A program made the position numbers and the translations under genes. Positions 1-14,374 of a stretch of 64,000 nt of DNA are shown in pieces. The DNA is from Rhynchobatus australiae (taxonomy: Eukaryota). The stretch spans positions 21,348,545 through 21,412,544 of the forward strand of contig JAUZTB010000065.1 in assembly GCA_034780895.1 (NCBI GenBank). The letters run 5' to 3'. The notes beneath the pieces are model-generated. The model was not told the origin of the DNA. It saw only the letters and a list, made by a program, of their open reading frames with translations, and did not search any database. Numbering within the stretch: the first letter of the stretch is position 1; every line of letters starts with the position of its first letter.

Positions 1-2049
1 TGGTAAATGTAATCGCAAAGGAAAATGTAAATATAATCTTGCATAAATGGATATAAAAAGAGTAATTTGGTAGATCCTACAAATGCTACACAGATTGCAG
101 TTTGATACCCTGCTGAAATTTAACCATTTCCATTCAATGATTACATTCTATTGAAACTATTCCCCAAATGCAGTGTAATACTGAGTGACTTAAATAATGT
201 GCATCTTGAGAATGTTTAATCACTATTTTCCAGTGAAAAGATTAAGATTCATCCATGGAACATCGCTCATTTGCAAAATTGCTTACATTTATGCTGTGAA
301 ATATTTACATGCCCAGACTTGTGCACATGTGTAGACAATTGGGAAGCAATTAGTAGGATGGTTAATCAGTCTGATGGTAGAAGAAATTGCTCTATTTTAA
401 ATTATGTTCACTCAGAGCACCTTTACATGTGTGCATACAGTAGGATATTTTTAGAGCTGGTGCTGTTCTTTCATTTTCACGATCTGGTTTTGAAGGCAGC
501 TCTAACTGCTGAGGTAGGAGTCTCCTTTCTCAGGCTGCAATGATGTAATGAAATTTATTTTAAAGTTTCAACTCAGTACCTTAAGGCTATTGAGAGATAA
601 AGCACTAGTAGATAAACTCAGAGGGACAAGTGAGGTGTAGGTAAAGAGAAAAAAATTGCATTGCTGTGTTAAGAGCTGCTTATCTAAAAGTGTAGCATTT
701 TGAAGAATTTTTTATGTTTGTTAGGTAGTGCTAGATAGTGCATGATTATCAGCTACTAGTTTTGCTCATCACAAGCACATTTGATTCCGCTAAAGACAAA
801 CATTTCTCCACCCCCCCCCAAATCAGCATTTGTTCAGGCAAAATATGGGGAAAGGTATCTGGCTAGATCTTTCACCAATTGAGTGTTGTTTTTCAAAAGC
901 AGTAGTGTAACTATTCTGCTGTCTTGTCAATTGTTGCTTTGACTTCAAAGAGCATAAACAGATGGTGAAAATAACCTGGCAATTATTTTTAAAAATTATT
1001 GATATTCCTTTTATTAATCCTTGAACAACCATTTAAAGAATAAGTTTACATATATAAGAATTACCCTTCCAATAGTCTCAATACTTCAGGATATACCTAC
1101 CCAGTGTTTTAGTTGGAAACAAAAAGCAACAGTGCCGGAAGTGTAATTATATCTGATGCTATTTGAAGAATTATGAATCTCACTGTTTCTGAGACTTCAT
1201 ATAGCATGAATAGCTACTTTTTTTCTTTTGGCCAGTGAGATGCCCGTCATTCACTAAGAATCGATATTTTTATCCCACTGCCCACCTACATAAAATAAAT
1301 TGTAACTCAAATGCCTTGTGTAGGGTCACATCCTGCACGGAGCAAAGATTGCCTGCTGAGCAATATAATNNNNNNNNNNTTCTATTGCTCATTGAAATAA
1401 AAGGAGCACTGGATTAAATATTATGAATAAAGCATTCAAAATAATATTCATTCATTGATTCCTAGCCAGGAGAGGAAGTATGAATTCTCTTTGGCAAGGA
1501 GATTTTTTTTTCGCTCCTATGGAATCTCACAGTAAACAAGCCACTATACACATTTCAGATTTCATTAATGTCCACTTCCTTTCCCGTGCAGAGGCAATAA
1601 GATATTATTGAACTGAAATAAATTTTTTGGCTGAGTGACACAACCTGAAGTCCTATTCCTTGGTCATTGTTTTTGTAAAGTTTTGATCACCTGCATGTGG
1701 TTATTTGCATTTATTAGTCATCCATAGCTACTTTGGTAATGTGATTACAAGAGAAATCAAAGATGGTGTTAGATCAAAGAAAAGAGTTTTTAATGTTGCA
1801 ATAGTTTGAGGTTTGACAAACCTAAAGTTTCAGCAAAGGAAGTCCAAGAAATCGATAAGGAAACAAGAGTATTAAAGTGCTCTGGTGATAAACATTTCTA
1901 TTAAAAAAAGGACTGTAAAAGCTTCTAAGGTTATATGGAAATAAACACTGGAGCTTGTGCATATTGAGGCAGGCAGAATTGTATTGGGGAATAGGGAAAT
2001 GGCACAGAAATGGCACATGTTAATCTTGAAAAAGGCTTAGACAACAGAT

Positions 2050-3110
2050 CTTGAAGGAGGGGCTGAAGGAAATTGCCATTGGCACCAAAGTAATATTATA
2101 GAAATTAATGAGTCATACCACCAATAAATCCCAGAGCCTGAAGACCTGCATTCCTATGTTTTGGAGGAGGCTTTGGAGGTAGTGACTGAATTGTTTGTCA
2201 CTTTCCAATTTTAGAGCGTGGAATAGTTTTCACAGATTGGAAGGCAGCAAATGTAACCCCACTTTTTAAGAAAGCAGGGAGTGAGAAAATTGGGAGCTAT
2301 AGACATGTGCGCCTGCCATCAAAAGTAGAGAAAATGCATGAGTCTGCTAAGGTATTGGTGGCAGGGCACTTTAATCAGTTTGGGAAGAGTTGATGTGGAT
2401 TTATGGAAGGGAAATCATGTTTGGCAAATGCTGTTCATTCGAGTTTGTAACCTGTAAAATAGTGGGAGTCTTCAAACACCATCAGATGTAAAAGATGTGG
2501 TGAACTTGGACTCTCTGAAGGCTTTCGAAAAGTGACTTATTAAACAAAATTAGAGGACATAGCTGGGTGTACTGTACTGGTGTGGATTGAGGATTGGCTA
2601 ATGGTTAGAAAGGAGTGTAGGGATAAATGGGTTACTTTGGGCTTAGGAGGGTGTGACTATAGGAGTGTAGGAGGGATTGGTACTGAACCCCAGATTTTCC
2701 CAATCAATATTGATAAGGTGGATGAGAGGACTAAATGTAATAAATCCATGTTTGCCGATGAAACAAAGTCCATTGTAGGCATAAGTGACTGCAGCTGCTA
2801 GAAGCTGGAGGAACTCAGCACGTATCATTGGTATTAAGGTGTAGTTTCCAGGGAGTCATATATAGACTATGTGAATGGGTGAGGCAGATGGATGGTAATG
2901 TGGAATAATGCACGATCATTCACTTTGGTAGAAAAAATAGAAGTGTGGAATCCCTTTNNNNNNNNNNNNNNNNNNNNNNNNNNNNNNNNNNNNNNNNNNN
3001 NNNNNNNNNNNNNNNNNNNNNATGTACAGTTATGGCAAACAATTAGAAATGCAATAAAAGGCTGACATAATATTAGTAAGAAGGTTTGAGTGCAAGATTA
3101 AAGATATCAT
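2050..3110 (+). mobile_element. Decayed CR1-clade LINE, reverse transcriptase region
   Basis: Reads DWKAANVTPLFKKAGSEKIGSYR at ~2235-2305, WIEDWL at ~2582 and MFADET (FADD-like motif) at ~2748. Many stops and frameshifts. Confidence 0.85.
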
Positions 3111-5974
3111 AGGTATCAATGAGTGATAAGTATTTTATTTTGAATGACTAGTATTTGCCATAATTTCTCAGTGAAATTGACAGCTTTCTCTGGATGTTTG
3201 CATATTTGTAGTCTAATGCCGAAACCTTGAAGATGCTGTCAGTGATTTGAGACTGGCTTCATAGGCTACGTTTGCAGTCTCGAAGGCAATCCAGGAAATT
3301 GCTCGCTGCAGTGAATGTCAAGTATTTGCAAACTAGTTCTGTTGCAAAACAGTCAGAAAATCTTTGGTTTAATCGCTTGGGTTGTTCCAGTTTTTATAAT
3401 ATACTAAGCCGTAATTTATGCCTGTAAAGCTATAAGCATTAAAAAGCAACTATATCTAATGAATATATTTCCATCTTTCATACACTAATATTACAAACAT
3501 AAGGAATTTTAACTTGTTCCAGAGGTTTATAAAACCTCAGATTCTAGTGAAGATTAGAATAATCTGAATATTGCAACCTTTAGCATACATAAATGTTTAA
3601 ATACAGTTTAATAGAAGTTGGTTCCCAGTTTGCTTTTTGCATGGTAACTCAGCCATCGTGAAGGCAGCACACTGCTGTGCACCAAAAAATGTTTTCAATT
3701 GATGCTTGACACAGTGGGGAAGCACTCTCCACAGGTCGGTAGGTCCTTGAGATGAATGCAGGAAAAATTGTATTGATTCAGGATGCCTTTTGTACACCTT
3801 GGGACTCTTAGTTACATTCCCATTTATATGATGCCCCTATCAAACTTGGCACATTGCTGAATTGTACATTTTTTCATAATTCCCAATTCTAACTCAAAGT
3901 TAATGTGTTACTGATTAGTTGTCTGCTCTCAAGGCCTTCTCTAACAATAGGTGGGAAGTGACGTGAGCAAATACTTGGAAGCTAAGAGAAAATGCTACAC
4001 CTAATCAGCAAGTCAGAAAGCACCTGTGTGTGCAGAGGCACATTTTAATGTTTCAGGATAGTTACTTTTACCTCCACTCTGGTGCCTTGTACTTCGCATT
4101 TGCTTGCCACACATGTCAAGGAAACATACTGGAGAATAGGGGTGAGCAGAGGCTGCTGTAGGATCTGCAACAAAGCCATGATTATAGTATTTGTGGTTGT
4201 AAGTAGTTTTCTGTGATTCAGAAGGACCTTAACAGGAAGTGCCTTCTCATAAATTGGCATCAGTTGTTGAAGACTTTTGACTGAAACTGATCTTTTGAAT
4301 AAATCTTTTGAAGAATGCTAATCAATAACAGTAATAAGTGGATTCGTTTTTGTAGTGCAGTTAAAGGCATTTACAACATCGCATACACACTCACAGCTGT
4401 AATAATGAGTCATTGGATGTTTCCCAAGAAATATTGGAGTGCCTTAAACAGTTTCCTTTTGTATGCAATTAATTCATTCCAACTTGCATATTTGATGATA
4501 ATGTGAGTGCATTATGGTTCATTTTGCACAGTAGAATTTGTAGGCACATTACTTCGTAAACCTTTTTCAACAGAATACGTTGTCACTCCTTTAATACTTT
4601 TGGATTTTTTTAACCATTTCTCTGGGTCCAAAAGATGCTTCTGTCTGAGTTTTTTTTTCTGAATCCTATGTCCATCAATCTTGATTATAATCATGAATAC
4701 TTAATAAGCAAAAACAAACCTAATTCTAGTTTAAATCACCAGTAATTAATTGTATAAGGGAAATATCCAATCTCTTTATTTTATGCAGAAATCAATTTAT
4801 TTTTCTGCACTTCAGATATATTTTTGTGCATAACCAATCTTTCAAATCTAAATGCAAGCCAATAGCCATTTCATTTAACATTAAAGCCCCTAAGCTCTAA
4901 TGATCAGTGTGAGTTGGAATATATGCACCTCCTGCTTTTATTTTTTTTCCACTCCTCATGCTTACTTGTGGAAATTGTGAAACCACTTAGTGTGTGTATA
5001 TAGTGGTTAAATGGAAAGGTGTCAGTAGCATGGCTTTAAAGAAGGAAATGCTGCTAAAGCAGTTAATTATTTTGTCTATTTATCCTCTGCAATATTTTGG
5101 TCAGAATCTACAAACATGTCTAACAACTAATTCTGTTTATAGAGTAAACGCAGAAGCAAGAAACCACAGAACCTTTATAATTCTACTCTGTGAACACTAT
5201 TGTAGCATGCCTTTTGTGTTAACGTTGCAGAAATCCTGCAATAGATCAATCAATTAACCTTTTTTAAGAGTTTATTTTGTTTGAGAGGCATATAATTTTG
5301 TTAGCTTTTTCCCTCTTTTTTTCTCTGTCATCCTGAAACCATTGATTCTTTGGAGCTCAGCACTCATGGTGAGTCCAGGTTGTTCTGAAGTACTTCAGCT
5401 AAATGCCCATTTTGTTTTGCATGTAAAAACTCTGCCGAGAAATTGGATTGGAGAAATTCCTTCTGTGTCAGCTTTTTTGTTAAGGAGTTAACATTGCATA
5501 GCACTAAGCAGCATTGACAAATTTGGCTTCTCTGTTGATACCCCAGTGTTGTCCAGCTCTGCAGATGTGCTGTCATCACCTATCTGGTCCAGTGCATCCT
5601 CTATCTCCTGAAATGATTTTTTTGCTCTCTTGCTATTATTCACAAGTTCCTATACTTGCCTTGTTGCTCTTCCTCATCTATATGTTGCCTGTGTTGAATT
5701 ACCCTTGGGACCTTGTATATGTGTGCTGATAATAAATGACTTTCTCTCTGTCATTTTAACTCAGTATTGGAAAGGTTAACCTGTGGTTCAGCTCTTCTGC
5801 TCCTTTGTCACTATCTCTCTTTACCTGTACAAAACACTGATATTGGACAGTGGCACCCACTAGGAGGGCTTGCCAACACTTCCAGATAGGAACAGAGAAT
5901 TGGCAGATTAGTGTATACTTCTGAAATTAATGTTTATCATGTTATGGATACTGTTATAGTTTTAAGGCCTTATT

Positions 5975-6678
5975 TTAAAAAGTCAGGAGAACACATACCA
6001 GTCCTCATTGAGGGGTCAGTGATTGAAAGGATGAGCAGCTTCAAGTTCCTGGGCGTCAACATCTCTGAGAATCTGTCTTGGGCCGAACATAATGATGCAA
6101 TCACAAAATAGAAGGTGGCATGCCAGCTGCTCTACTTTGTTAGGAGTTTGAAGAGATTTGGTACGTCACCAAAGACTCTTGCAAATTTCTATAGGTGTAC
6201 AGTGGAGAGCATTCTGACTGATTATATCACATCCTGGTGTGGAGGCTTCAATGCACGGGAATGCAAGAGGCTACAGATGGTTGCAGACTCAGCCAGCCCC
6301 ATCATGGGCACAACCCTTCCCACCATCGAGGACATCTTCCATAAGTGCTGCCTCAAGAAGGTGGCATTCATCACTAAGGATTCTCACCATCCGGTACTTG
6401 CCCTCTTCTCATTGCTACCATCAGGGATGAGATGTGGGAGCCTGACGAATGTTTTGGGACATTTTCTTCCCCTCTGCCATCAGATTTCTGAATGGTCCAT
6501 GAACACTACCTCATTATTCCTCCCCCCATTTATTTATCTATCTATCTTTACATCTATTTGTCTATTTATTTATTTAGTAAATTATAGTGATTTTTGTTTA
6601 GTTTTAGCACTGCTGCTGCAAAACAACAAACTTCATGTCATACGATTCAGTGATGATAAACCTGATTCTAATTCTGAC
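5975..6678 (+). mobile_element. 5'-truncated Rex1/Babar-type LINE 3' end (RT C-terminus plus the DUF1891-like tail often mis-annotated as ALKBH8-like)
   Basis: ORFs 5911-6111 and 6115-6714 encode FKFLGVNISENLSW...AITK* and LYFVRSLKRFG...LANFYRCTVESILT. The element ends in ATAAACCTGATTCTAATTCTGA. Confidence 0.8.
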
Positions 6679-7074
6679 TTGGCTGCTGCTTTACCTTTTT
6701 GTCTGAGTATTTGAATTCAACATCATACCAAAAGCTTGTATCTGGATATTGGACTGCCCAATCTCTTAATAAAATTATGTATTATGAAAAATTAAAAAAA
6801 ATTAAAACCTTGGTTCAGGAAACTTTGATGTATTGCAAGAGCAGCAAAGTACTATTACATTAGGCAATTCCAGGAGCTTGACGTGTGACAGAAATGTTCT
6901 CATGCTCTCGCACAGGACTTCCCAAAAAATCTTCAAGGGTAATTGTGGCTTAAAAACCAGTTTAATAAGATATAGGGTAATGCGTCATAATGATGTTGCT
7001 TCGGGGGTATGACAAAACCATCCTATATAGTCCAAATACATTGAGAGAAAATAGTGGCAATGAAAATAGCGGAA

Positions 7075-8880
7075 TCATTATAGGAAAAAGAAAAACAGGA
7101 GCAGGAGGAAGCTTTTTAGCCCTTAGACTCTATCAATATCTATTTTTTCCTCTCTCCCATCACTTGATGCCATTTGGTGCCTATAAATTTATTTATCATC
7201 ATCCCCAGTTTATTCAGTAACTTTGCTTTCATTGCTGCCTTCAGTAGATGATATTTCACAGGTTCACTCACTTCCTGACTGAAAAAAGCACTCCTCATCT
7301 CAGCCCTTAATATCTTGGTCTGTATCCTGAGGGTGACCCCTTGTTCTTAAGCCCCATTCCACCCAAAATAACACTTGGAGAAACATTCTCCTTGCTTCCA
7401 GCCTATCAACCCTGTCAGCATTTTTGTATGTCTTATTCTTCTAAAGTCCAGTGACTATAGATCTCCTTTTGTGTTGACACAATCTCCCTTTGTGTTTCAG
7501 TCCCACCATTCTGAAAATCAGTCTGGTGAACCATTGTTACACTCCCTCTTTGTTTCAAGAATATCCTTTCTTGGGTAAGGAGTCCAAACAATACAAAATA
7601 CTCCAGACGTGATCTCATTTATAATTGTAGTCTGACAATTTTGGTCCTGTAATCAAAACCTCTTACACTGAAGATCATCGTGCCCTTTGCTGTAGTAACT
7701 GGTTGCTACACCTGCATGTTAACTTTTCAATAATTGGTGTACAAGGACACCCAGATTTCTTTTGCACATCACCATTTCCTACTCTATTTAAATAATACTC
7801 TGCCTTTCTGTTTTTCCTCTCAAAGTGGATGACTTTACATTTATCTATGTTGTATTCCATTAACCTTGTATTTGCTTCCTGGCCCAACTTGACTAAATTG
7901 CCTTGAATTGTCTTTGCATCCATGTCATGGTTTATAATCCCCCCCAGTTTTGTACCAGTGGCAGGCTTTGAAATATCGCATTTGGTTCCCTCCTTCCAGA
8001 TAATTGATTATATATCGTGAATAGCTGGTTCCCAAGCACAGATCCTTGCAATTCTGCACTGGTCACTGCTTGTCACTCTGAAGAAGATTTACTTATTCCT
8101 ACTTGTTTCCTGTCTTTCAACCAATTTTTCAATTCATGCCATATATTGCCCTCAATCCCTTATGATATACTTTTCTGCACTATCTCTGATGTGGTGGTTT
8201 ATCAAAGGGATTCTGAAAGTCCAAATACATCCCATCCACTGGTTCTCCCTTATCTACTCTACCAGTTACATCCTCAAAAAAGACTCCATTAAGTTTGTCA
8301 GACATGATTTCCCTTTCATAATTCTTGTTGACTTTATCTAATCCTGTTGTTTTATGAGTGTCCTCTTAGCAGTTTTCTTCTAATGTTAGATTAATTGTTT
8401 TGTTTTGCTGTTCTTTTTTAAGTTGTGAGGTTATAATGTAGGACCCATTCCATGTTCTGTTGAACTTCAGAAAATGACAGCTAATGCATCTGCCATTTAT
8501 ATGGCTACCTTATTTGGTACACTGCTTTGCAGAATACAGGCCCTGGAGAGTTTTTGACTTTTTCCAGTCATACTAATTTCTCCAGCACTTTTTTTTATCT
8601 AATACTTATTTTCTTTAATTCTTCCTCTTCATTAAGACTCCTTGTTCCCTAGTAATTTTGAAAAGTTATTTTAGTCCTGTTCTGTGAAGACAGAAATATT
8701 TGTTTAATTGCTTTGCTATTTCTTTGAACCTCATCGTAATTTCTCATTTCTGTAATGGACTAATACTTGAATCTTTTCCTTTTTATGTACTTCTAGAAGC
8801 TTTTATGTTCCTTGCAAGTTTATTCATACACTCCATTTTTGCTTTCTTAATCATTCTTGATCCTTTTAAGCTGATTTTTA
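7075..8880 (-). mobile_element. Old decayed CR1-clade LINE
   Basis: Minus-strand ORF 7675-7923 has MEYNIDKCKVIHFERKNRKAEYYLN, a CR1 RT C-terminal motif. A CR1-like 3' tail lies near 7075-7130. Confidence 0.8.
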
Positions 8881-11699
8881 AGTTGTTTGCAATTCTCTAC
8901 TGGTTGGAAATACTAATAACAACATTGTTGAACTCAACATTTGAGTTTGGAAGGTAGGACAGCAGAAGTCCATTGTATTTTCTTGCAGCCACCTTGTTTA
9001 TGTTACATCACTGGTTGTACTGAGGTCCACAACATAAATGTAGCATTTATATTTTGCAGTGGAAAAGTTCCTGATTCAAGAGGATGGCATTTTATAACTA
9101 GTCTGCCAAGGAATTCTGTATCATTGGTGCGATTTCTATTTGAATCGTGAATGCATATTTTTCTGTTAATGATGTCTCATTGGCAGATAAGGATTGGTTT
9201 TCCCAGGTGACTTCAGCTGCCTTGAGAGTGGCTTTTATAATTTCATTTAGAACTAAAATGAGTACTATAATGAACAAATTCAATTATATCAAAACACTTT
9301 TGGGGAAAAGTGCTTCTAAGCAGCTATCTAGTTCAGGAAAAAGATTTTGTGATTCCAAAGAGTCTTGCTTTAATTACACTAACCTGTTTACATACATGGA
9401 CTTCTGGTAATGCTATTTGTACATAAAAAGTTAAATGATGACATTACACTTTGTATAAGGATGTGTTCTCAAAGCCAGTTCCATGCACCCAGGAAATGGA
9501 TTGGTTAGTGCTTTTCTAATACTCAAATAGCACATAAGTTTTACTTTGGGTTAGATTGCTATAGTAAATATTTTCAGGTGAAGTAGCACCCATTGCAAAA
9601 TTAGACCTAGTACTTGTATGTCTATATATTAAGAAGTCTGACACAAGATCAGACTTGTTCCTAATTCTCCAGATTTTTGCTCCATTTTTTTCTCCAGCAT
9701 CTATGGTTTCTTGTGTCCCTTGCACCTAGTGTTATTGCTATAATGCCTAAATGTCCTTGCACATTTAACCAGAGGCTTTTGGATGCAAGCTACAACTATT
9801 ATTGAACAGTCACAATGTAATCAGCATTAACTCCTGCGCAATAAGGGGCTCCCTGATAGAGGTACTTCTCTCAAGGAGCCTGTAAAATCATTGTTATTGA
9901 TCCAGGCCAAGTGACCCTCTCCACTCACCATTCAAACTAACATAGTTCATTAATAATGAAGCAAACGATCCCAGACAACACACAATAATTCCTCTCATCC
10001 TGTTTTCACGGCACCCCCTGCACTGCACATAACGCATCCATAAATGAACTCTTGATCCAATTACTGAAATGGCTTGCTTACAACTATTTTCAGGAGTATG
10101 CAGCTTACTCTGATGCATCTTGTGAGGCTTGAAATTGATTTCTGTCTTTCTCATGTGAGTGGATATTTTGCATTTGGAGCAGATAGCTGAAGCTCTGATC
10201 TCCTCCATGATAGCCATAGTGTATGTGTTCAATGAGTCCGGCTGCCATGAAGAGTGTTCCTTTCTCAGATCAGCAGATAACAAAGTGTCAGTAGCTGCAC
10301 TCAGTTGGGTGAAGTCCTGTCAGGAATAGTGCAGGACCTGTTTTACCATTTGTTTGAGTATAAACCTTGCACAATTTGAAATGCCTTTTTGGCCAATCTC
10401 ATGATACTCTCAGAGGAAACTGAATGGCTTTAGTACTCTACGTAGCACCTAAAAAGGATGGTCCAATTTCGAGATTATACATTTTTTTAAGAAAACACAT
10501 TTGTGAATGGAGGTTACTACATCTGAACTATTTCTGTTGGAACCTTGTACTTTTTTTAAATGCTTGGTTTGTTTTTGTTTTGTTAAAGAAAGGGCCAACT
10601 GATGCATACCTTTGGAATTTCATGGCTGTTTGCCTGACACCTCCAGTTTGATATCTGGCAGAGCATTACATTCCAAATCTCTGACCAACAAATGTGATTA
10701 AGTTCTTTGTTCGTTTCTACATCAAGCCAGTTGGTAAAACTGCTCTTCCTATCCTCCATCTCTTACTTTGTTTGCTCATTCACTAACCACAAGCCACAGT
10801 GGAATCTGTGACCTTGGTGACTAATGTCAGGCTGAGAAAAGAACTGAATTTGAATTTATTTTATTCCAAGGATGTGAAAAAGCTTGAAAAGCAAAGTTAC
10901 TGGTTGCAAACTCCATACTGAGGAAGTCTGTTGTTCATTTAATTTTTGAGTAAAATTCTTTATTATATTTGCACACCTTTAAAATTGATTATGATGAATA
11001 GATGAGACTATTCTTTTTCTGTTCCATTTTGTAACTGTCACTCCTCTGAAAATTTNNNNNNNNNNNNNNNNNNNNNNNNNNNNNNNNNNNNNNNNNNNNN
11101 NNNNNNNNNNNNNNNNNNNNNNNNNNNNNNNNNNNNNNNNNNNNNNNNNNNNNNNNNNNNNNNNNNNNNNNNNNNNNNNNNNNNNNNNNNNNNNNNNNNN
11201 CAGCAAAACAAGATGAATGGCTCTGTCCTTCCCTGACAGGGAGTCCTGTCGCATGAGTCCTTTGACCGATGCGTTTCCCTCCTCTGTAATGGTGCTGGAC
11301 ACAGAATTGTTCAGGGCTTCCAGCAGGAGATATTGGGGAGGTACTCGAGGGAAAATAATTTCTGGGGCTTGGGGGAAAGGGTGGAGAACGGGAGTGATGT
11401 CATTGGTCTAGACAAAGAAACAGCCTCAGTGCGTTGTGACCCACATCTCCACTGTAACAATTCCGCAATTCCAAGGCTCTATCATAGAGAGGCAACTCAG
11501 CTCCACAACCCACCACCCAACCTTCTGCAACATTTATACAGATCAGAGCTAATCTGTGGCCTAACTGCATGTATCCACCTTTGCTCTCTATATCTATTAA
11601 GACACTATTAACAACAATATATCATAAATGGAACATCTGACCCAGTAATGATTACTACTTGTGACAGAAAATGCCAAATTTCTGTCATCCTGCTGGGGT

Positions 11700-11982
11700 A
11701 GAAGGGTGGTAAAGAAGGCACGTGGAATGCTTGACCTTATTGGTCAATGCTTTGAGTTCAAGAGTTAGGAAGTCATGTTGCAGCTTTATAAATCACTGAT
11801 TAGGCTCCATCTGGAGTATTGCATTCAATTCTGGTTGTCCTATCATAGGAAGGACGTGGAGGCTTTGGAGAGGGTGCGGAAGAGGTTTACCAGGATGCTG
11901 CCTGGATTAGAGGGCATGTGTTATGAGGAGATGTTGGACAGACTTGGGTTGTTTTCTCTGGAGTGGTGGAGGCTGAGGGGAG
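11700..11982 (+). mobile_element. CR1/HER1-type LINE 3' fragment, cut by a gap
   Basis: MLQLYKSLIRLHLEYCIQFW...ALERVRKRFTRMLPGL...LGLFSLE in ORF 11775-12158. Confidence 0.9.
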
Positions 11983-12082
11983 NNNNNNNNNNNNNNNNNN
12001 NNNNNNNNNNNNNNNNNNNNNNNNNNNNNNNNNNNNNNNNNNNNNNNNNNNNNNNNNNNNNNNNNNNNNNNNNNNNNNNNNN

Positions 12083-12138
12083 TCCATGGATGCTGCCTGA
12101 CCTGCTGAGTTCCTCCAGCATTTTGTGTGTGTTGCTCA
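12083..12138. repeat. One arm of the palindromic repeat family seen complete at 17239-17402
   Basis: GATGCTGCCTGACCTGCTGAGTTCCTCCAGCATTTTGTGTGT matches the right arm at 17359-17400. Confidence 0.75.
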
Positions 12139-12139
12139 A

Positions 12140-12720
12140 GGGGATACAGAGAAGTTAAGTGAGGACAAGAATAAGTAGGTTGTATATAAATGTGGAAAAA
12201 TGCATGGTCATCCACACTGGGAGAAAAAGGAGAAAGGCAGAGTATTGTAAATGAGGAGACAATTAAAGATATTGGTGAACAGAGGGACTAAGGTATCTGC
12301 ATACACAAATCACCAAGAGTTAGTGTGCAAATACATCAAATAATTAAGAAGGCAACAGGCCTTTATTGCAAGTATAAAATTGATGAAGTCTAACAGAAAA
12401 TATCGAGAGCCCTGATAAGACTGCACCTGGAACACTCTTCCTACCTAAGGAAGAATACATTTGTAATCAAGGAAGTGCAAAAAAGGTTTGCTATACTGAT
12501 TCATAGAATCTGGGATTTCTCATATGAAGAGAGATTAAGCAGACTTTGGTCAATACTTTTTTGAATTTAGAAGAATGAGAGGTGATCTCGTTGAAACATG
12601 CAAAATAATTAGGGAACTTGACAGAGTTGGTGCAGGGATAAGGTTCTAGAACCAGAATCACAGCCTAAAATTAAGGGGTTGGCCATTTAGAACTGAGAGG
12701 AGAAGAAATTTCTTCACCAT
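12140..12720 (+). mobile_element. Old CR1 LINE 3' region
   Basis: Degenerate NVEKCMVIH, RLHLEH and EFRRMRGDLVETCKII motifs (12189, 12418, 12563). Confidence 0.7.
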
Positions 12721-13264
12721 GAATGAATTGTGGCATGAAGCTTTCCTAGTAAAACTAAGGTCAATGAAAATCAGAGGGAAAGAAAGCCTTCCAATAATTA
12801 CACAGCACAAAGGAAAAGGTTGTAATTGTTGCAGGTGAATCATGTTAGCCCAACACACTGTAATAAGAATTCCTTAGGACCGTATGTTTGGCCTAATCGC
12901 CTTCAATTGCTTCATCAATAAGTCCAGGGTGGTGACGTTTTGTGAATGGACAATTGCCATTGTCATAGCCTTGCTTTGGGTCTGAATTTCAGTAAATAAT
13001 TCTAAATTAGATCCACCCAGCATTTTCAGCATGCATCACTGTACATAGATTCTGAGGAGCCATTGGGGAAACAGTTTGCACACTGGTACTCCTGGATTGA
13101 TATCCATATAAACACTGTCCATGGAGATGCAATTGCTTACAGTATCAGTGCTATTGTGAAGGTTGTATGAAACTAAATTTGTAACAAATCAATCTGGAAT
13201 TAACAGTGTAATAAAGAAATATATTAGGAGGAGTAAATATGATTTTTTATACATTAATTTTTTT

Positions 13265-14330
13265 AGGATCTGAGTATTACTGGTAAACCCAGCACTTTTG
13301 CCCATTCCGAATTGCGGTAGTAGTGGTGAACCACTGTCTTGAAACCACTGCAGTTCTGGTGAAGATATTTCCAGAGTACAGTTAGGGGAATTCTAATATG
13401 TTGGCTGTTGGAGATTACTTGTGTATAATTTTATACATTCTATAATTTTCAGACAAGCTGATTGAAAGGTAGTTCTATTTTTGAGGCCTTGGATTTTGAT
13501 GAGTTTGCACAGAACTTCCGGCATTTCTTGGTGTAAGTGTCGGTAAGTTCTGGGACTCTTGAATACTTCTAGATTGTCATAGAGGAAACTGGCCCCTCGA
13601 CTCATTAAATCTATGCCAAACATCAAGTACACATTTTACACTAATCTTAATCCTACACTAATCCCATTTTATTCTCCCCACGTTCCCATCAACTTCCCCC
13701 AGATTCTACCACTGACCTGCATGCTACGGGCAATTTACCATGGGCAATTAACCTAGCAACCTGCATGTCTTCTAGAATATGAGAGAAAACTCGAGTACCC
13801 CAAGTAAACTCACGTGATCACAGGGTGAACATGCAAATTCCACATAGACAGCAGAGTGGATCTGATGGGAAGACAATCACTGACCAGAAAAGGTTCAGTG
13901 CAGTCCTGGTTCAAGTGAGCCTTGGGGAGATTTATTTGAATAAGATCATACTTCTGGGGTTGCCATCACCTTCAAAATTGAGATCTGCTGCTACTGTCAC
14001 TCTACTTTGGCGATCACCACCTCTGATAATGGAAATCAGTTTCCACAGGTGGGCTTCAGAAAATGTGCCAGGGCAAGTTTGGCATCAATTTTCCTCTTGT
14101 TGAGCAAAGAAGCATGAATTGCCAAGCTTGCCTGTCATGGCCCCTCCACTCCCAGATTAAGTCCAGCCTGGCAGAGTCTATAGTGTTACTTGATGCAGTC
14201 CTTGTAGTAGAATTCGGGAGAGCCAATGTCCCACTGATTTTTTTTTCTTCAAATTCACTCTCGCTCTACATTGTTAGAGTGGATTGTTGACCATAGATAT
14301 AACATGGTGGACCTAGGGCATTTGAATTCA
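13265..14330 (-). mobile_element. Decayed L2/CR1-clade LINE, interrupted by a SINE
   Basis: 13265-13395 resembles the reverse complement of the LINE 3' tail seen on the + strand at 32780-32870 (AAGGGCAAT...AATGCTGG-type tail). Confidence 0.45.
13605..13860 (-). mobile_element. HE1/V-SINE-type SINE (central and 3' part)
   Basis: GGGCAATTTACCATGGGCAATTAACCTAGCAACCTGCATGTC...CACAGGGTGAACATGCAAATTCCACATAGACAGC is the reverse complement of a V-domain. Similar to 42820-43043. Confidence 0.75.
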
Positions 14331-14374
14331 CGCTAGCATGGCTTCTATGCAAGGTATAGCTGCAACTCCTAGGA

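Noticed and set aside
6115-6714. 199-aa ORF that could be taken for an ALKBH8-like host gene
   Set aside because: It is the C-terminal part of a Rex1-type LINE ORF, preceded by an in-frame stop and followed by a retroposon tail.
9700-10330. Possible further Harbinger-like relic (LEQIAEAL...FNE), and a similar repeat end at 34250-34441
   Set aside because: The similarity is too weak to call without a database search.
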